Below are positions 15,897-28,055 of a stretch of DNA of 64,000 nucleotides, one piece after another. Numbering within the stretch: position 1 is the stretch's first letter; each line of letters opens with the position of its first letter. The notes beneath the pieces are model-generated. The model was not told the DNA's origin, ran no database searches, and was given only the letters and a program-made list of their open reading frames with translations. The DNA comes from Chrysemys picta bellii (taxonomy: Eukaryota). The DNA lies in contig NC_088797.1 in NCBI RefSeq assembly GCF_011386835.1, positions 100,688,001-100,752,000 of the forward strand, in the 5' to 3' direction. Made by a program: the position numbers and the translations under genes.

Positions 15897-18749
15897 TAAA
15901 TGTTAAAATCATATATTATCATCAAGCCCTAGTAGTTTGCAACTCAAAATTGAAGTGCCACCTAGGAGTAGTTTTCCTGCCCAGGATGTATAATCGCTTG
16001 GACTCTTTGTCTGAAGGAGAGGATTTGGAGTGAGCTTGACAGTTTCTTACATTAATCGTGTCCACCACCAGGGGACTCGGGGTAGGAAGGAGAAGAAATA
16101 CCCCATTCCTTTGGCTGGAATACAATTTTTTTTTAATCTGGCCACTTGCAGTTGGGCAGAATAGTGGCAGTGTTTCCCATAAAATATGTGCAGGCAATAA
16201 CAGTGCCTCATTAATTGGTAGGGCTTTTTTTCCCCTGGGGAAGTAATATCTAGAATGTCCACCAGGGAATGTGGAGACTCCTGGACCTCTCCTAGCGGGA
16301 GCTGAAGGGATTCCACCAGGAGTTTCATTAGGTTCTGGAAGATTAAAGTCATCGGAAGAAGAGGATGTTGGTGGCATTACTGCCTCATCTAGTGAGGAGG
16401 ACGGCTGCTGGGGGCGAGCTTCCCTCAATCTGCAGCTTTTGCTCCTCTTGTACTTCTCTTGCTGCCTAGGGGGCACACAGCACCAGAGGATGGTCTGTCG
16501 GTGCCTGTGAACGATGCAGTACCACTGGATGTTGGGCATTTATTTCTAGTGGCACCCTATAAAACTGTTCACCAAAGTGCCCCCAAGGGTTCCAGTAAGC
16601 CCACTGAGGAGGAGAGGGATAGAGGAAAGATCCTCAAGGGGCCTGTTGGGTTTCTGGAAGGTCCTCTCCAGTAAATGGACTCAGAGGGGTGTGATGGTAG
16701 GTACCGAGACCTCAGAATCAGAAGTATCATCCCCTGGGCTAACAAGGGAGGGTCTCAAGCACCAGGGTCGGTACTGAGAGTTGGAAGTCTGAGATTCAGG
16801 TTGCAGTTGATGGAGTGGTACCAGGATGGGGGCTCTGGTAAAGTTCCTTATTAGGTGAGACTCCAGTTCATCCAAAATGAGACAGTCCTCCCGGGAAAAG
16901 GAGTGGAGTAGAGAGCTATGATAGCATCTGATTGTAGCCTGAGTCGGTGCTGGAACTGGGATTGGTATCGAGGACGAGTTTGTGCATATGGTATCGGAGA
17001 GGCTGATGGGACATCTTCTCTGACCTCAGAGCTGTAGGAAGATGCTAGTACTGGAGTGCAGGAAGAAGCCCTGTGTACATCATGGTGCCAAGAGGTGTCA
17101 AACAGTACTGAGCTAGGAGCCACCCTGTGTTGGAAGACTTCTCCACACACAACTTCTTATGTTGGTACTTGGTACAGATTTCAGCTGGTGCCTCAGCAGT
17201 ACTCCTTAAGGGATGCAAGGTCTCCTGAGAGCAAGATTTATGGGGTAATCTATCTCTCTTCTTTGTTTCCCTTGTAGGGGGGAAAGGCTTCTTTTTTTCA
17301 AAGTCTTAGCCCCTGGAGCTGCTGCTGGGGCTCCAGCTGTCACCAGGGTAGCCTGAGATGTTGAGGCAGATGTACAGGGAGTGGCAAAGAGAACCCTGCT
17401 GGAGTTAGGGAGCATTCCATTAAGAGGAACTTCAACCTAGCCTCTCTGTCGTTTCTTGTCCTACCTTTAAATCCCAAGCAGATTGTGCACTTTGACGGGA
17501 TGTGGATGTCTAGAATGCCTGTTGCTCTGTGGAAAAGACCTGTGTAGCAAGTCTAGTAGGGCTTATACTCCAGGGTCTTTGGCATAATCTGGTGTGCTGA
17601 AGCACTAAAACTAAAACCCTGAAAGAGTGGGAAGGGCGGTGGAAGCACAACTGCGTTGAAATTAATAAAAATGTGAAAATAAGAACATAACTAAATAAAA
17701 AGAGAAATTTACAATAAGTGAGAGAGGGTGGGAAGCGGTAGAACAGCAGACACCAAGCACTCCATCTCGAGCCACGGGTGGTTGAGAAGAAACTGAGTGG
17801 TGGCAGGTCTGTGCCTCCCTGTATGGCCTCGAGTGGGAGCATGAAGAGCTGCTCTGCACAGGTGCAGGTCTGCAGACACTGCTTTACAGTCTCCAATTCA
17901 GAGTGCACAGGTGCACACACATGCACACATACCCATGGGGACATATACTCCAAGAATCATCAGCAAGGATGACAGAGTAGTTCAGTTTCTGTGTCCATTA
18001 AGTCTTGGCCACTCTGCTGATTACAGCCAATTACTGTCAACTGCAGGAGTGGGACACAGGGCAGAAGTCAGATAGCCACCATTAGGTGGCATCAAGTTTT
18101 CATAACTCCCAAGTTGGACTGGATTTCAAACTTGCCACCCAGAGAAGGAGGACTTGAGGTATACTATTAGCAAACATTCTGAGCTGTTCACTCTCACTGG
18201 ATGTTTGGTTAAAACCCAAACATAAAAATTAATTACTGTAAATTATCCAGATGAAGTAGTATCTAGAATCATGAAGCATTTACCGTAAGCTACCAATATA
18301 TCTTTGACACATACAGAAGATTTGATTTTTTTACTATCACTTTTAAAATCTGGCTCCCACAGGAGGACTAAATAAACATCCTGATAAACGAATGTGGCAT
18401 CACTCTAAGTAGATCATGGATGGATGTACCTTCTTTCAGTGAGTTTGACAATCTCAGCAAAAAGATCCTGATGTCATTCAAGACATAGAAAACATTTTTG
18501 GCAGCATATATAAAACACAGCCAGGAGTAATTTCTGTTCCGGGAGAACTGACGGCTTTTGCTGAGACAACGTGAGTGAATATTAACTGGTAAACTGTACC
18601 ATTTTGGCAGAAGGGGGTGCTTTATTATCAACCTACCCTGAGATCAAGGCCAAATGTAAACTAGTAATAGTTTGTCATTTACACGGGCATTGAGAAGCAG
18701 CCTTAGCATAAGAGGATGTGCCTTCTTATATCCTTTCAGGTGAAAAAAC

Positions 18750-21700
18750 AAACAAACGGTATTTAACCTTTCTATAACTGTTGTTCTTTGAGATGTGTTG
18801 CACATGTCCATTTCCACTGGAGGTGTTTTTGTGCTCCAGTGCACAGCTGACAGAGGTTTTTACCCTGAGCAGTACCTGTCGGGGTGACTTGAGCATGCTT
18901 TGCTGCTTCACGCAGGCATAAAGGGTTGAGCCACCCCAGACTGCCTTTAGTTCTTTCCTACTAGAACAACTCTGATAGAAGGGGAAGGAGGGCGAGCTGC
19001 TGAATTGACATGTACAACACATTTTGAAGAACAGTTACAGAAAAGTTTAACCATTTTTGTTCTTGTTCGAGTGACTGCACATGTCCAATCCACTGTGGGT
19101 GACTCACAAGCAGTTCTATTTGGAGGCAGGACCAGAGTCTATTTGAACACGGACTAGAGCAGGGATCGGCAACCTCTGGCACGCGGCTTACCAGGGTAAG
19201 CACCCTAGCGGGCTGGGCCAGTTTGTTTACCTGCCGCGTCAGCAGGTTTGGCCAATCGCGGCTCCCACTGGCCACGTTTCGCCGTCCCAGGCCAATGGGG
19301 GCGTCGGGAAGCGGCGCGGGCGAGGGATGTGCTGGCCGCGGCTTCCCGCCGTCCCCATCTGCCTGGGGCAGCGAATCACGGCCAGTGGGAGCTGCGATCG
19401 ACCAAACCTGCCGATGTGGCAGGTAAACAAACTGGCCCGTCCCGCAAGGGTGCTTACCCTGGCGAACCGCGTGCCAGAGGTTGCCGACCCCTGGACTAGA
19501 GGATCGCTTGTCCAAATGCAGCAGCATCTCTAGATTGTTGAGAGATTATGTAGTGCGAAGCAAATGCGTGACACGATGAACAGGTTGCCACTTTGTAAAT
19601 GTCTAATACAGGTACATGAGGCAGAAGTGCCGCACAAGCCACTTGAGATCTAGTTGAATGACCCAATATTCTATCAGCTATGCATTAGCTAACTGGATAT
19701 CGATATCCATGCTGAAATCCTGTGTGTGGAAACCAAACAGCCCTTCATTCTGTCTGCAAATGTGATAAACAATTGAGACGATGATCTGAAAGGCTTAATT
19801 CTCTCCAGATGAAACGCTAACACTCTTCTAATACCTAGAGTGCACAGTGACTCCTTTCCCTTGCTACCATGAGGTTTTGGGAAGAAGGTCGGTAAGCAGA
19901 TTGCCTAACTGATATGAAAAGAGACCGCTTTCATAAAGAACCTTAGCTGGGACGAAGGTAGACTTTATCTGCGTAAAAAAGGGTATATGGACGATGTGAT
20001 ACTAATGCCCTCAATTCCACTACTCTCTTGGTCAATATAATGGCTATTAAAAATGCTACCTTCATTGAAGGTGTAACAGACAGCAAGCTGCTAGAGGCTC
20101 AAAGGAGGGAGCTTTGATAAGACTCAATTCAGGCTCCAGGGTGGAACAGGACTTGAAATGCAGAAACATCCTGTTCAAACCCTTTAAAAATCTTATGACC
20201 AATGGATTGGAAGAAAGGAAGCAGTTATCCACTGGAAGATGAAATGTGGAAATAGTTGCTAGGTTTACCCTAATCGAGCTAATCACTAATCCTTGATGTT
20301 TCAGATGCAAAGATAGTCCAGCATACACTGAACAGAAGCAAGAATGGGGTAGACCAGCTTGACCAGATGGAAAACCTTTTCTGGTTAGCCAGGGAAGTTG
20401 ACCTCATTGATGGCTTTCTACCAGTCAGTAGTATCTCCTGTACCTCTCTGGAGCAGGACTCCTCCATCAATGTTAGCCATGAAGCCTCCAGGAGCACAGG
20501 AGGAGAGCCTTGAGGTTGGGGTGCATGAGGCAGCCATGATTTTGCAAAACTATGTGTGTGTGAAGCAGGAGTAATAGTGGGGGACAGACAGATAGGTCTA
20601 AGAGCTGAGAAAACCAGCATTGACAGGACCATGCTGGGGTGGTCAGTATGAGACTGGCCTTGTTCTGTTTGTCCTTGTACAGAACTCCTGGCAGAAGAGG
20701 GATGGGGGGGAGGGTGGGGGAATTGTATAGCAGACTCTCTGACCACATCAGTAAAAAAAGCATCCATCAGTGAACCTGGGCTGTGACCTGCTCTGGAGAA
20801 CTGGTGACATTTTGTGTTGTCCTTTGTTGCAAACACATCCACTTAGGGAGTTCCCCAGAGCTGGAAAATAGACCTTGCTATGTCTGGGCGAAGGGACATG
20901 TGTGGTGACTGGTAAACAACCTGCTTAAGTGGTCTGCCAGCACAATGAGTCTCTGGGAGGTGGTCCACTTTCAGAAGTATAGAGTTGCTGAGGCAAAAGT
21001 CCCAAAGTAGGATTGCTTTCCAACAGAGTACTGGGGACTGGGCTCCTTTCTGATTGTTTACATAAAGCATGATGGTCATATTATCAGTCAGCACTAATAA
21101 GGTTCTTCCCCTAATGTGAGGAAGGAGTGCTCTGCAAGCTAAACAGCCTGGAGTTCTCTGATGTTTATGTGCAGACTGAGATCTTGGTGAGACCAGAGAC
21201 TTTGTGTATGCAGGTGTCCCAGGTAAGCACCCCACCCCAGACCCAAGACATCTCTGACTAAAGTGAGTGAGTGCTGAGGTGGGGCAAAAGGAAGTCCCCT
21301 GCACACACTGGTTGAGTCTAACCACCAGTCCAGATGAGATATACAACTTGGTATGTGTACTAACATGTCTATGTGCTGTCTTCTTGGAGCATACACCTCT
21401 GCTACGCAGCCCTGAAGGGATCTGAGGCACGATCTAGCATACCGGACCAGGTAAGTACATGCCACCCTGTGCAGTCTTAAACAGTTCCTCACCATGGAGT
21501 GAGGATAAAGCCTTTTAAGTCCAGAATGAGGCTTTGTATTGCAAGAAACCTCATCTGTGGCAGCAAGGCCCTGGCTGTTGTCGAGTCATGGACTGCTCCA
21601 ATAAATTCTACTCTCTGTACTGGACACAGAACTGACTTGTCTGTTTTGATTATCAGGTGTCGCTCTTGAATCTTTGAGACTGTTCAGAGTCTCATCTGTC

Positions 21701-23833
21701 TTTTATGAAAAGAGCAACGGCCCCTCAAATGGTAAGTCATGAACTGTTTGCACCACTGGCAGGAAGTCAGAAGAGTGCAACCAGTATGAACACCTCATCG
21801 TGATGGCAGAGGCCATGCTGCACGCTGCAGAATCTGCTGCATTGAGACCTGCCGTAGAGCTGTTTTGGTGCTTGCCCTCATTTATCAAAGTGGGGAACAC
21901 TTGTCTTGGCTCATCTGGTAGCTTGTCTTTAAATTTCAAAAACTGTATCCCAGAGAGTCAAATTGCAGCGTTCCAGCAAAGCTGCTGGTTCAGAGTGCGA
22001 AGCTATAATCCACCTGTGGAATAAAGCTTTCTCCCAAACAAGTCCAGCTTCTTGTTCTCTTTGCTCTTTGGTTGAGGGCTGGTGCCCCTATCATTCCTTT
22101 TCATTGGCTGCTGCAACTCCAAGGGAGCCTGGAGGAGAAGGGTTGTACAGCTGCTCGAACTCCCAGGAGGGGACATAATATCTTCTTCTCTACCCTTTTA
22201 GCCATCAGAGGCAGTGAAGCTGGGGTCTTCCAGAGGATCTCAGTAGGTTCTAAAATAGCCTCATTTATTGGCAGTGCTATTCTAGCTGAGGTTGCAGATA
22301 TTAAAATGTCCACCAGCTTGTGGGATTTTTCCCAGACCCCCTCTGGGTGGATATCAAGAGCCATAGCCATCCTCAACAGATCCTGATGGGTCTTAAGATG
22401 AGGTGGAGAAATAGGCTCCATCACAATTGCCTCACCAGGAATGAGGAAAAGGTTGCTAACGGTATCAGGGGGCTGGTCCAGTTCCTGGTCCTCTTGCAGT
22501 TGCTAACAAGAAGGATTCTGACTCTGCTTGGTGCCAGGCTCGGTACTGATGCGACAATGCTTGTGGTGACACTACTCATCACACCCAGCAGATGGAGTCA
22601 GCTGAGATAGCTGAGGGGACACTCTTGATTGGGCAGGAACCCCATGGGTTCCAAAAGATCCACTGGAACAGTCCTGGCCCCCGGCTCTGTGTAGCCCAAT
22701 GATCCCTCCTGAAAGCTCCCTACTGGTACTGGGATGGAAACAAGGATGAGCAGGTGGCATAATCCTCCAGATGGGAACAGCTATGTTGGGATACATGGGA
22801 ACCCACTTCAGAGTCTGATGACAATGCTGCTTCTTGAGACCAAGGCAGTATCGTACTCATCAGTACTTGAGAAGAAAGCTCAGACTCTGAAGAAAGGAGA
22901 GCTGGGAATATCCTCTGTGGCTTTCCTCTAGACAGTACCAGCCTCACAGGTACCCAAGCAGCCAGATCCAGGGGAGCTGCTCGGTGCAGAGGTGAAGGTG
23001 CCAGAGACGGTACCCTGGGCTTCGGTGCTGGGTGAGACTCTTGAACTATTGGTGACAGTGGGACAGAGAGGTTCAACAACCTTCTCACAGCCTCAAACAC
23101 CTCAGAAGTGGATGGTACTGGAAAGATACTCTGCAGTCCTAAGGCGCAAGGAGACGCCATTGCAGTTGCTTTGGGAACTGGTCCTGACAGGCCCCCATTG
23201 GGCCCTGGAGTCAACAAACTCTCCTGTTCAGAGGTGTTCTCTGGGGAGTGCTTCCTGTTTGAATGCCCTCCCAAGTCCTTAGCAAAGCTCATTCTCTTCA
23301 AATCCCTTGATGAACCCTGATACTGAGCCTGATTTCTGCTGAAAGTTCTTACAAATGCCACACTTGTCACTGACATAGGTTTCCCTTAAGCACTTACGTT
23401 AACTAGGGTGATGTCACTATTTGGCGCAGTCTTGCTGCAAGAGGGGCAGGACTTGAAACCCGTAGAGTGTGGAATCCATCCCGTACTAGGGCCAGTACCT
23501 CAAACTGAGTGCCAGAGCCCGCATAAACAAAAAACAAAACACCTTTTTCTTTTTGTCCTTATAAACTACACAGGAGTACTACATACAGTTATTGAGAAAG
23601 ACTGGCAGAAGCAAGGATAGGGCGCTCCAACAACCGTCATGGGTGGTAGGAAGGAACTCAGGAGGGTCTGGAGTGGCTCAGCCCTTTATGCCTCCACGAG
23701 GTGTGTGAGACAGCAGAGAATGCTCAAGCTACCCTGACAAGTGCTGCTAAGGGCAACAACTCTCTGATAACTGTGTACTGGAGCACACAAACATCTACAC
23801 TGGGATGGACATGTGCAATCACTTGAAGAAGAA
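18750..23833 (-). mobile_element. Decayed DIRS1-like element (DIRS-B) with an internal gag-to-RT deletion
   Basis: The right terminus and ICR (18750-19100) and left ITR (~23630-23833, ending GAAGAAGAA) parallel the intact copy. Remnants of YR (LVISSIRVNLATISTFH…FEPLAAC), MT (PPIPLLPGVL…ILTTPAW), RH (LTLVRDVLGLGWGAYL, HINIRELQAV, LTDNMT) and gag (ALPINEAILEPTEILWKTP; KCLRETYVSDKCGIC). Gag end DSRAT is fused directly to RT LIIKTDKSVLCPVQRVEFIGA at ~21660. Confidence 0.88.
19160..19493. mobile_element. Palindromic hAT MITE inserted in DIRS-B
   Basis: TIRs CAGGGATCGGCAACC and GGTTGCCGACCCCTG; perfect 8-bp TSD GACTAGAG at 19152-19159 and 19494-19501; long internal inverted repeats. Confidence 0.92.
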
Positions 23834-25572
23834 AAAGTCTTATGGGCTACAGGCTTGATTCTGATCTCACACCAGTGTCAACCGGGAGTAACTCCACTGA
23901 AGAATTCAAAGTTATGACAGTGTAAAATTGGTGAGCGCTAGATCAGAATCAGGCCTTATGTGTCTGTCAGCAAACCCTCTTTTTGGTGTATCAGAATATG
24001 TGTAAAATATAAGCTAATTTTTTAGGGCTCTATTCATCATAAAAAATCAAATTCCTTTCATGCTGTGGGAGGTCACATATCACTTTGGCTGTCAAGGTTT
24101 TAATTCTAAAAGTGTTAGATTTTTCTTCCTCAGGTCACATGGCCCAGGAAAGCTGAAAATGTAGACAACCATGTAAGCAATCAGAGAAGCTAGTGAATGG
24201 AAGCAGCAAAAAGGGGGAGTTTAGCGAGGGTGTTTAGAGAGGGAGCAGAAGAGCCAGATACACCTAATAAACATTCCTCAAACTTAAGCCAATCACTTCC
24301 CCCCCCACTCCCCATACACACACAGATGATGTCATGGTATTCTCTCACACTGAAGATTCTTTTCTGGAGCAGGGAGCCCTGTTATTAGGAAGACACAGGT
24401 AACAGTAATGGGGGAGTTGGTTATTAGAAATATAGATAGTTGGGTTTGTGATGACCAGGAGAATTGCCTGCCGGATGCAAAGGTTGCAGATTTCTCAAGA
24501 CAACTAGACAGACATATGTGCAGTGCTGGGGAGGACCTGGGGGTCATGGTACATGTAGGTACCAGCGACATAGGGAAAAGGTTCTGGAGGCCAAATTTAG
24601 GCTGCTAGCTAAGAGATTCAAGTCTAGGACCTCCATGGTAGCATTCTCTGAAATGGTTCGTTCCACACAGAGGGCCAACTGAACAGGCAGAACTGCAGGG
24701 TCTCAATGCAAAGATGAGATGATGGTGACTCGGGGAGGGATTTAGGTTTATTAGGAACTGGGAAAGCTTTTGGGAAAGAAGGAGCCTATACAGAAAGGAT
24801 GGGCTCCACCTAAACCAAAATGGAACCAGATTGCCAGCTGATAAAGTACAGGTGCACCAGAGGAACATTTAACATCAAAAAGTGGACCCACACAAAAATA
24901 AGGAGTGTAGTCAAACGGAAATAAAAAGGAACAGTCACAAAAGTAAAATGTCTGCAAGCTGCCTGGAACCTTTTTAAAAACACAAGAGAGGCTCAAACTA
25001 TGTGTATACCCCAGTAAAAAAAAACAGTAAGAGGACAAAAAAAAAAGCCACCATCACTAACCCATGGAGTAAAAGAGGCAGTTAGAGACAAAAGACATCT
25101 TTTAAAAATTGGATGTCAAATCCTACTGAGGAAAATAGAAAGGACACAAACTCTGGCAAGTCAAGTGTATAAGTATAATTAGGCAGGCCAAAAAAGATTT
25201 TGAAGAATAATTAGCAAAGACACCAAAAACTAACAGCAATTTTTTTGAAGTACAACAGGAAGCCTGCCAAACAATCAGTAGGATCACTGAATGAAAGAGC
25301 ATTCAAGGAAAATAAGGCTGTTGCGGAGAAGCTAAATGAATTCTTTGCATTGGTCCTTATTGCAGAGGATGTGAGGGAGATTCCCATACTTGAGCTTTTT
25401 TTTTTTCTCAAATCAAAGGAACTGTCCCCAGACAGAGGTGCCAGTAGACAAGGTTTTGGAATACACTGATAAATTTAACAGTAATAAGTTACCAAGACCA
25501 GATGGTATTCACCCAAGAGTTTTGAAAGAACTCAAATATGAAACTGCAGAACTACAAACTGTGGTACGTATG

Positions 25573-27006
25573 TGTAGTGGGGCAGTAACCCTGCTACTGT
25601 GAAAGGGTTAAAAGCCAGCCTTTGGAGAGGGCTGGGGCTGAAAGCTGAGAAAAAAAGGCTGATTGGGAAGGCAGCCACAGTTGGGCCACGCCCCAGTCAG
25701 GCCACACCTGGTCTTGTTATAAGGGCTCAGCCAGGAGCTAAGTCAGCCTCTCTCTAGCTCTTGAGAGAGAAGGACCTGGCTGCCTGGGAGAGAAGGGTAC
25801 TTGAGACAGAGCAGTGCTGGGGAAAGGGAGTAGGAGCTGGGGAGCTCCAGCCTGGCAACTCCCCAGGCTGCAGGCCTTGATAGAGGCCTATGCAGGTACG
25901 GGGGCTGGGAGGAGCAGCCTGTGGTTAGGCAGAGGCAGCAAGTCCGCCCTCCCCTTGCCAATGATGAGTGACTATGACAGACTGCAGTTTGCCCCAGTGA
26001 GCAGGGGCTAGATGATGACTGGCAGTAGCCACTGAGGCCAGGTGGGGATAGAGGGTTGGGGGTTCCCCTGGGAGGGGAGACCCAGACTGTGGGTTACTGC
26101 TGAGAACAGAACTCAGAGGGTAAGGGGCACCGGGGTCCGGGAGGGACATGGGGGCCAGAGGCAGGCGAGACACCGGTCAACAGAGGGCGCTCCAAGCTGA
26201 ACAAGAGCTAATTCCTGAGACGACCAGCAAGAGGCACCGCACCGATGAATCGTCACATCGCTACACGTGGTGGAGAATGTGGGCACATGCGGTCTGCCCC
26301 GATACAAGGGGCAGGGCAAGGACTGGTACTATTTCCCGGAGATCTGGAGAAAGGGGACGATGGAACCCGGCTACACGGGGGTTTTCTTGGCAGAGACCCC
26401 AAATGCCATCCCTGGTTGGGCCCCGGTGTCAGCACCCTTGCAGAAGGGGGCGGATGACCTGCAAGGGATCCGGGAGACCCAAGAGGGACTATGGGAGGGG
26501 CAGTGGGCCCTCCACGAACAGTTGGGGCAGCTGGCATGTGAGCAGCGAGTCCTGGTAAAACTCCTCCGGAGGGAGTTTCTGAGGAGCCACCGAGAGTGGG
26601 ACAGAAAGCCAAGCGCCGTGCTGGGGAAAGGGAGGAGGAGCTGGGGAGCTCCAGCCTGGCAACTCCCCAGGCTGCAGGCCTTGATAGAGGCCTATGCAGA
26701 TATGGGGACTGGGAGGAGCAGCCTGGGGTTAGGCAGAGGCAGCTGGTCCAACCCCCACCCCCCTTGCCAATGATGAGTGGTTTTCTACAGACTGTAGTTT
26801 GCCCCAGTGAGCGGGGGCTAGATGATGACTGTGGGTTACTGCTGGGGGCAGGACCCAGAGGGTAAGGGGCACTGGGTCTGGGAGGGACATGGGGGCCAGA
26901 GGCAGACGAGACACCGGCCAAGAGAGGGCGCTCCAAGCTCAACAAGAGCTAATTCCTGAGACGGCCAGCAGGAGGCTCCGTGCCGGTGAGTCATTGCATC
27001 GCTACA
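25573..27006 (+). mobile_element. Internally deleted Gypsy-like LTR element: 5' LTR 25573-26265, PBS, gag start and partial 3' LTR 26618-27006
   Basis: LTR TGTAG…GCTACA; the LTR 3' portion from 25814 is repeated from 26618; TGGTGGAGAATGTGGGCA at 26268 follows the first LTR (primer-binding site complementary to the recalled tRNA-Ala 3' end); it interrupts the CR1 RT region. No clear TSD seen. Confidence 0.8.
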
Positions 27007-27310
27007 GAATCCTATTGCTTAAATCAGCCTATGTATCAGGTGACTGGAGGATCGCTAATGTACCACCTATTATCAAAAAAGGTTTCAGGGGAAATCCTGG
27101 GAATTATAAGCCAGGAAATCTAACTTCAGTACCAGAAGAACTGGTTGAAAGTATTGTAAAGAACAGAATTATCAGACCGACAGATGAACAGAATATTCTG
27201 AGGAAGAGTCAACACAGCTTTTGTAAAGGGAAATCATGCCTCACCAACCTATTAGAATTCACTGAGGGGGGTCAACAAACATGTAGACAAGGTGATTCAG
27301 TGGATATAGT

Positions 27311-28055
27311 TAGGGCCCTACCAAATTCACGGCCATGACAAACATGTCACATAGGGTGACCAGACAGCAAATGTGAAAAATCGGGATGGGGGTGGGGGGG
27401 AATAGAAGCCTATATAAGAAAGAGACCCAAAAATCGGGACTGTGCCTATAAAATCGGGAAATCTGGTCACCCTAACGTCACGGACCATGAAATCTAGTGT
27501 TTTGTGTGCTTTTACCCTATACTATCGGGATTTCATAGGGGAGACCAGCATTTCTCAAACTGGGGGTCCTGAATCAAAAGGGAGTTGCACAGGGGTCACA
27601 AGGTTATTTTAAGGGGATCATGGTATTGCCACCTTTACTTCTGTGCTGCCTTCAGAGTTCGGTGGCTGGAGAGTGGTGGCTGTTGGCTGGGCGCCCCAGC
27701 TCTGAAGGCAGTGCCGCAACAGCACAGAAGTGAGGGTGGTAATACCATACTATGCCATCCTTCCTTCTGCACTGCTGTTGGTAGCGGTTCTGCCTTGAGA
27801 GCTGTGCCCCCAGCCAACAGCTGCCACTCCCCAGCTGCCCAGCTCTGAAGGCAGCACCACCACCAGCACAGAAGTAAGGATAGCAATACCGCAACCCCCC
27901 TACAATAACCTTGCGATCCCCCACTACTCCTACAATTACAAATCTGTGAAATTTCAGATTTAAATAGAATTAAAATAGATTTAAATAATGAAATTTACTA
28001 TTTTTAAAATCCTCTGACAGTAAAATTGACCAAAATTGAATTTGGTAGGGTCTTC
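27311..28055. mobile_element. hAT MITE in CR1, itself containing a 123-bp hAT MITE (27352-27474)
   Basis: Outer: TAGGGCCCTACC…GGTAGGGTCTTC with 8-bp TSD GATATAGT (27303-27310, 28056-28063). Inner: TAGGGTGACCAGA…TCTGGTCACCCTA with TSD ATGTCACA/ACGTCACG, which differ only by CpG-type transitions. Confidence 0.88.

Larger units (their letters stand above)
7335..17960 (-). mobile_element. Old decayed DIRS1-like retrotransposon (DIRS-A), interrupted by a younger DIRS, a hAT MITE and a Penelope remnant
   Basis: Left-ITR-like sequence at ~17760-17960; gag start ATG at 17585 (MPKTLEYK…SKCTICLGFKGRTRNDREARLKFLLME); LAP2alpha-like gag remnant at 15922-16540 (ALPINEALLLPAHILWET…DKESKRLYILGRK); gag C-terminus at 9490-9660 and 8230-8540 (SGLLREEQSTVEDQFEGPKLFS…LKDSTAMSQSLG); RT remnants at 7335-8220 (SLKDFSHEEIIKQEIQSLL, RMVTLAPIIP, FTKVLSAVVAHLRQWGIALFPY). 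All are collinear with the intact copy but contain many stops and frameshifts. Outer boundaries are approximate. Confidence 0.85.

Noticed and set aside
18360-18720. Coding-looking composition between DIRS-A and DIRS-B
   Set aside because: All frames are short and none matched a family I recognise; left unassigned.
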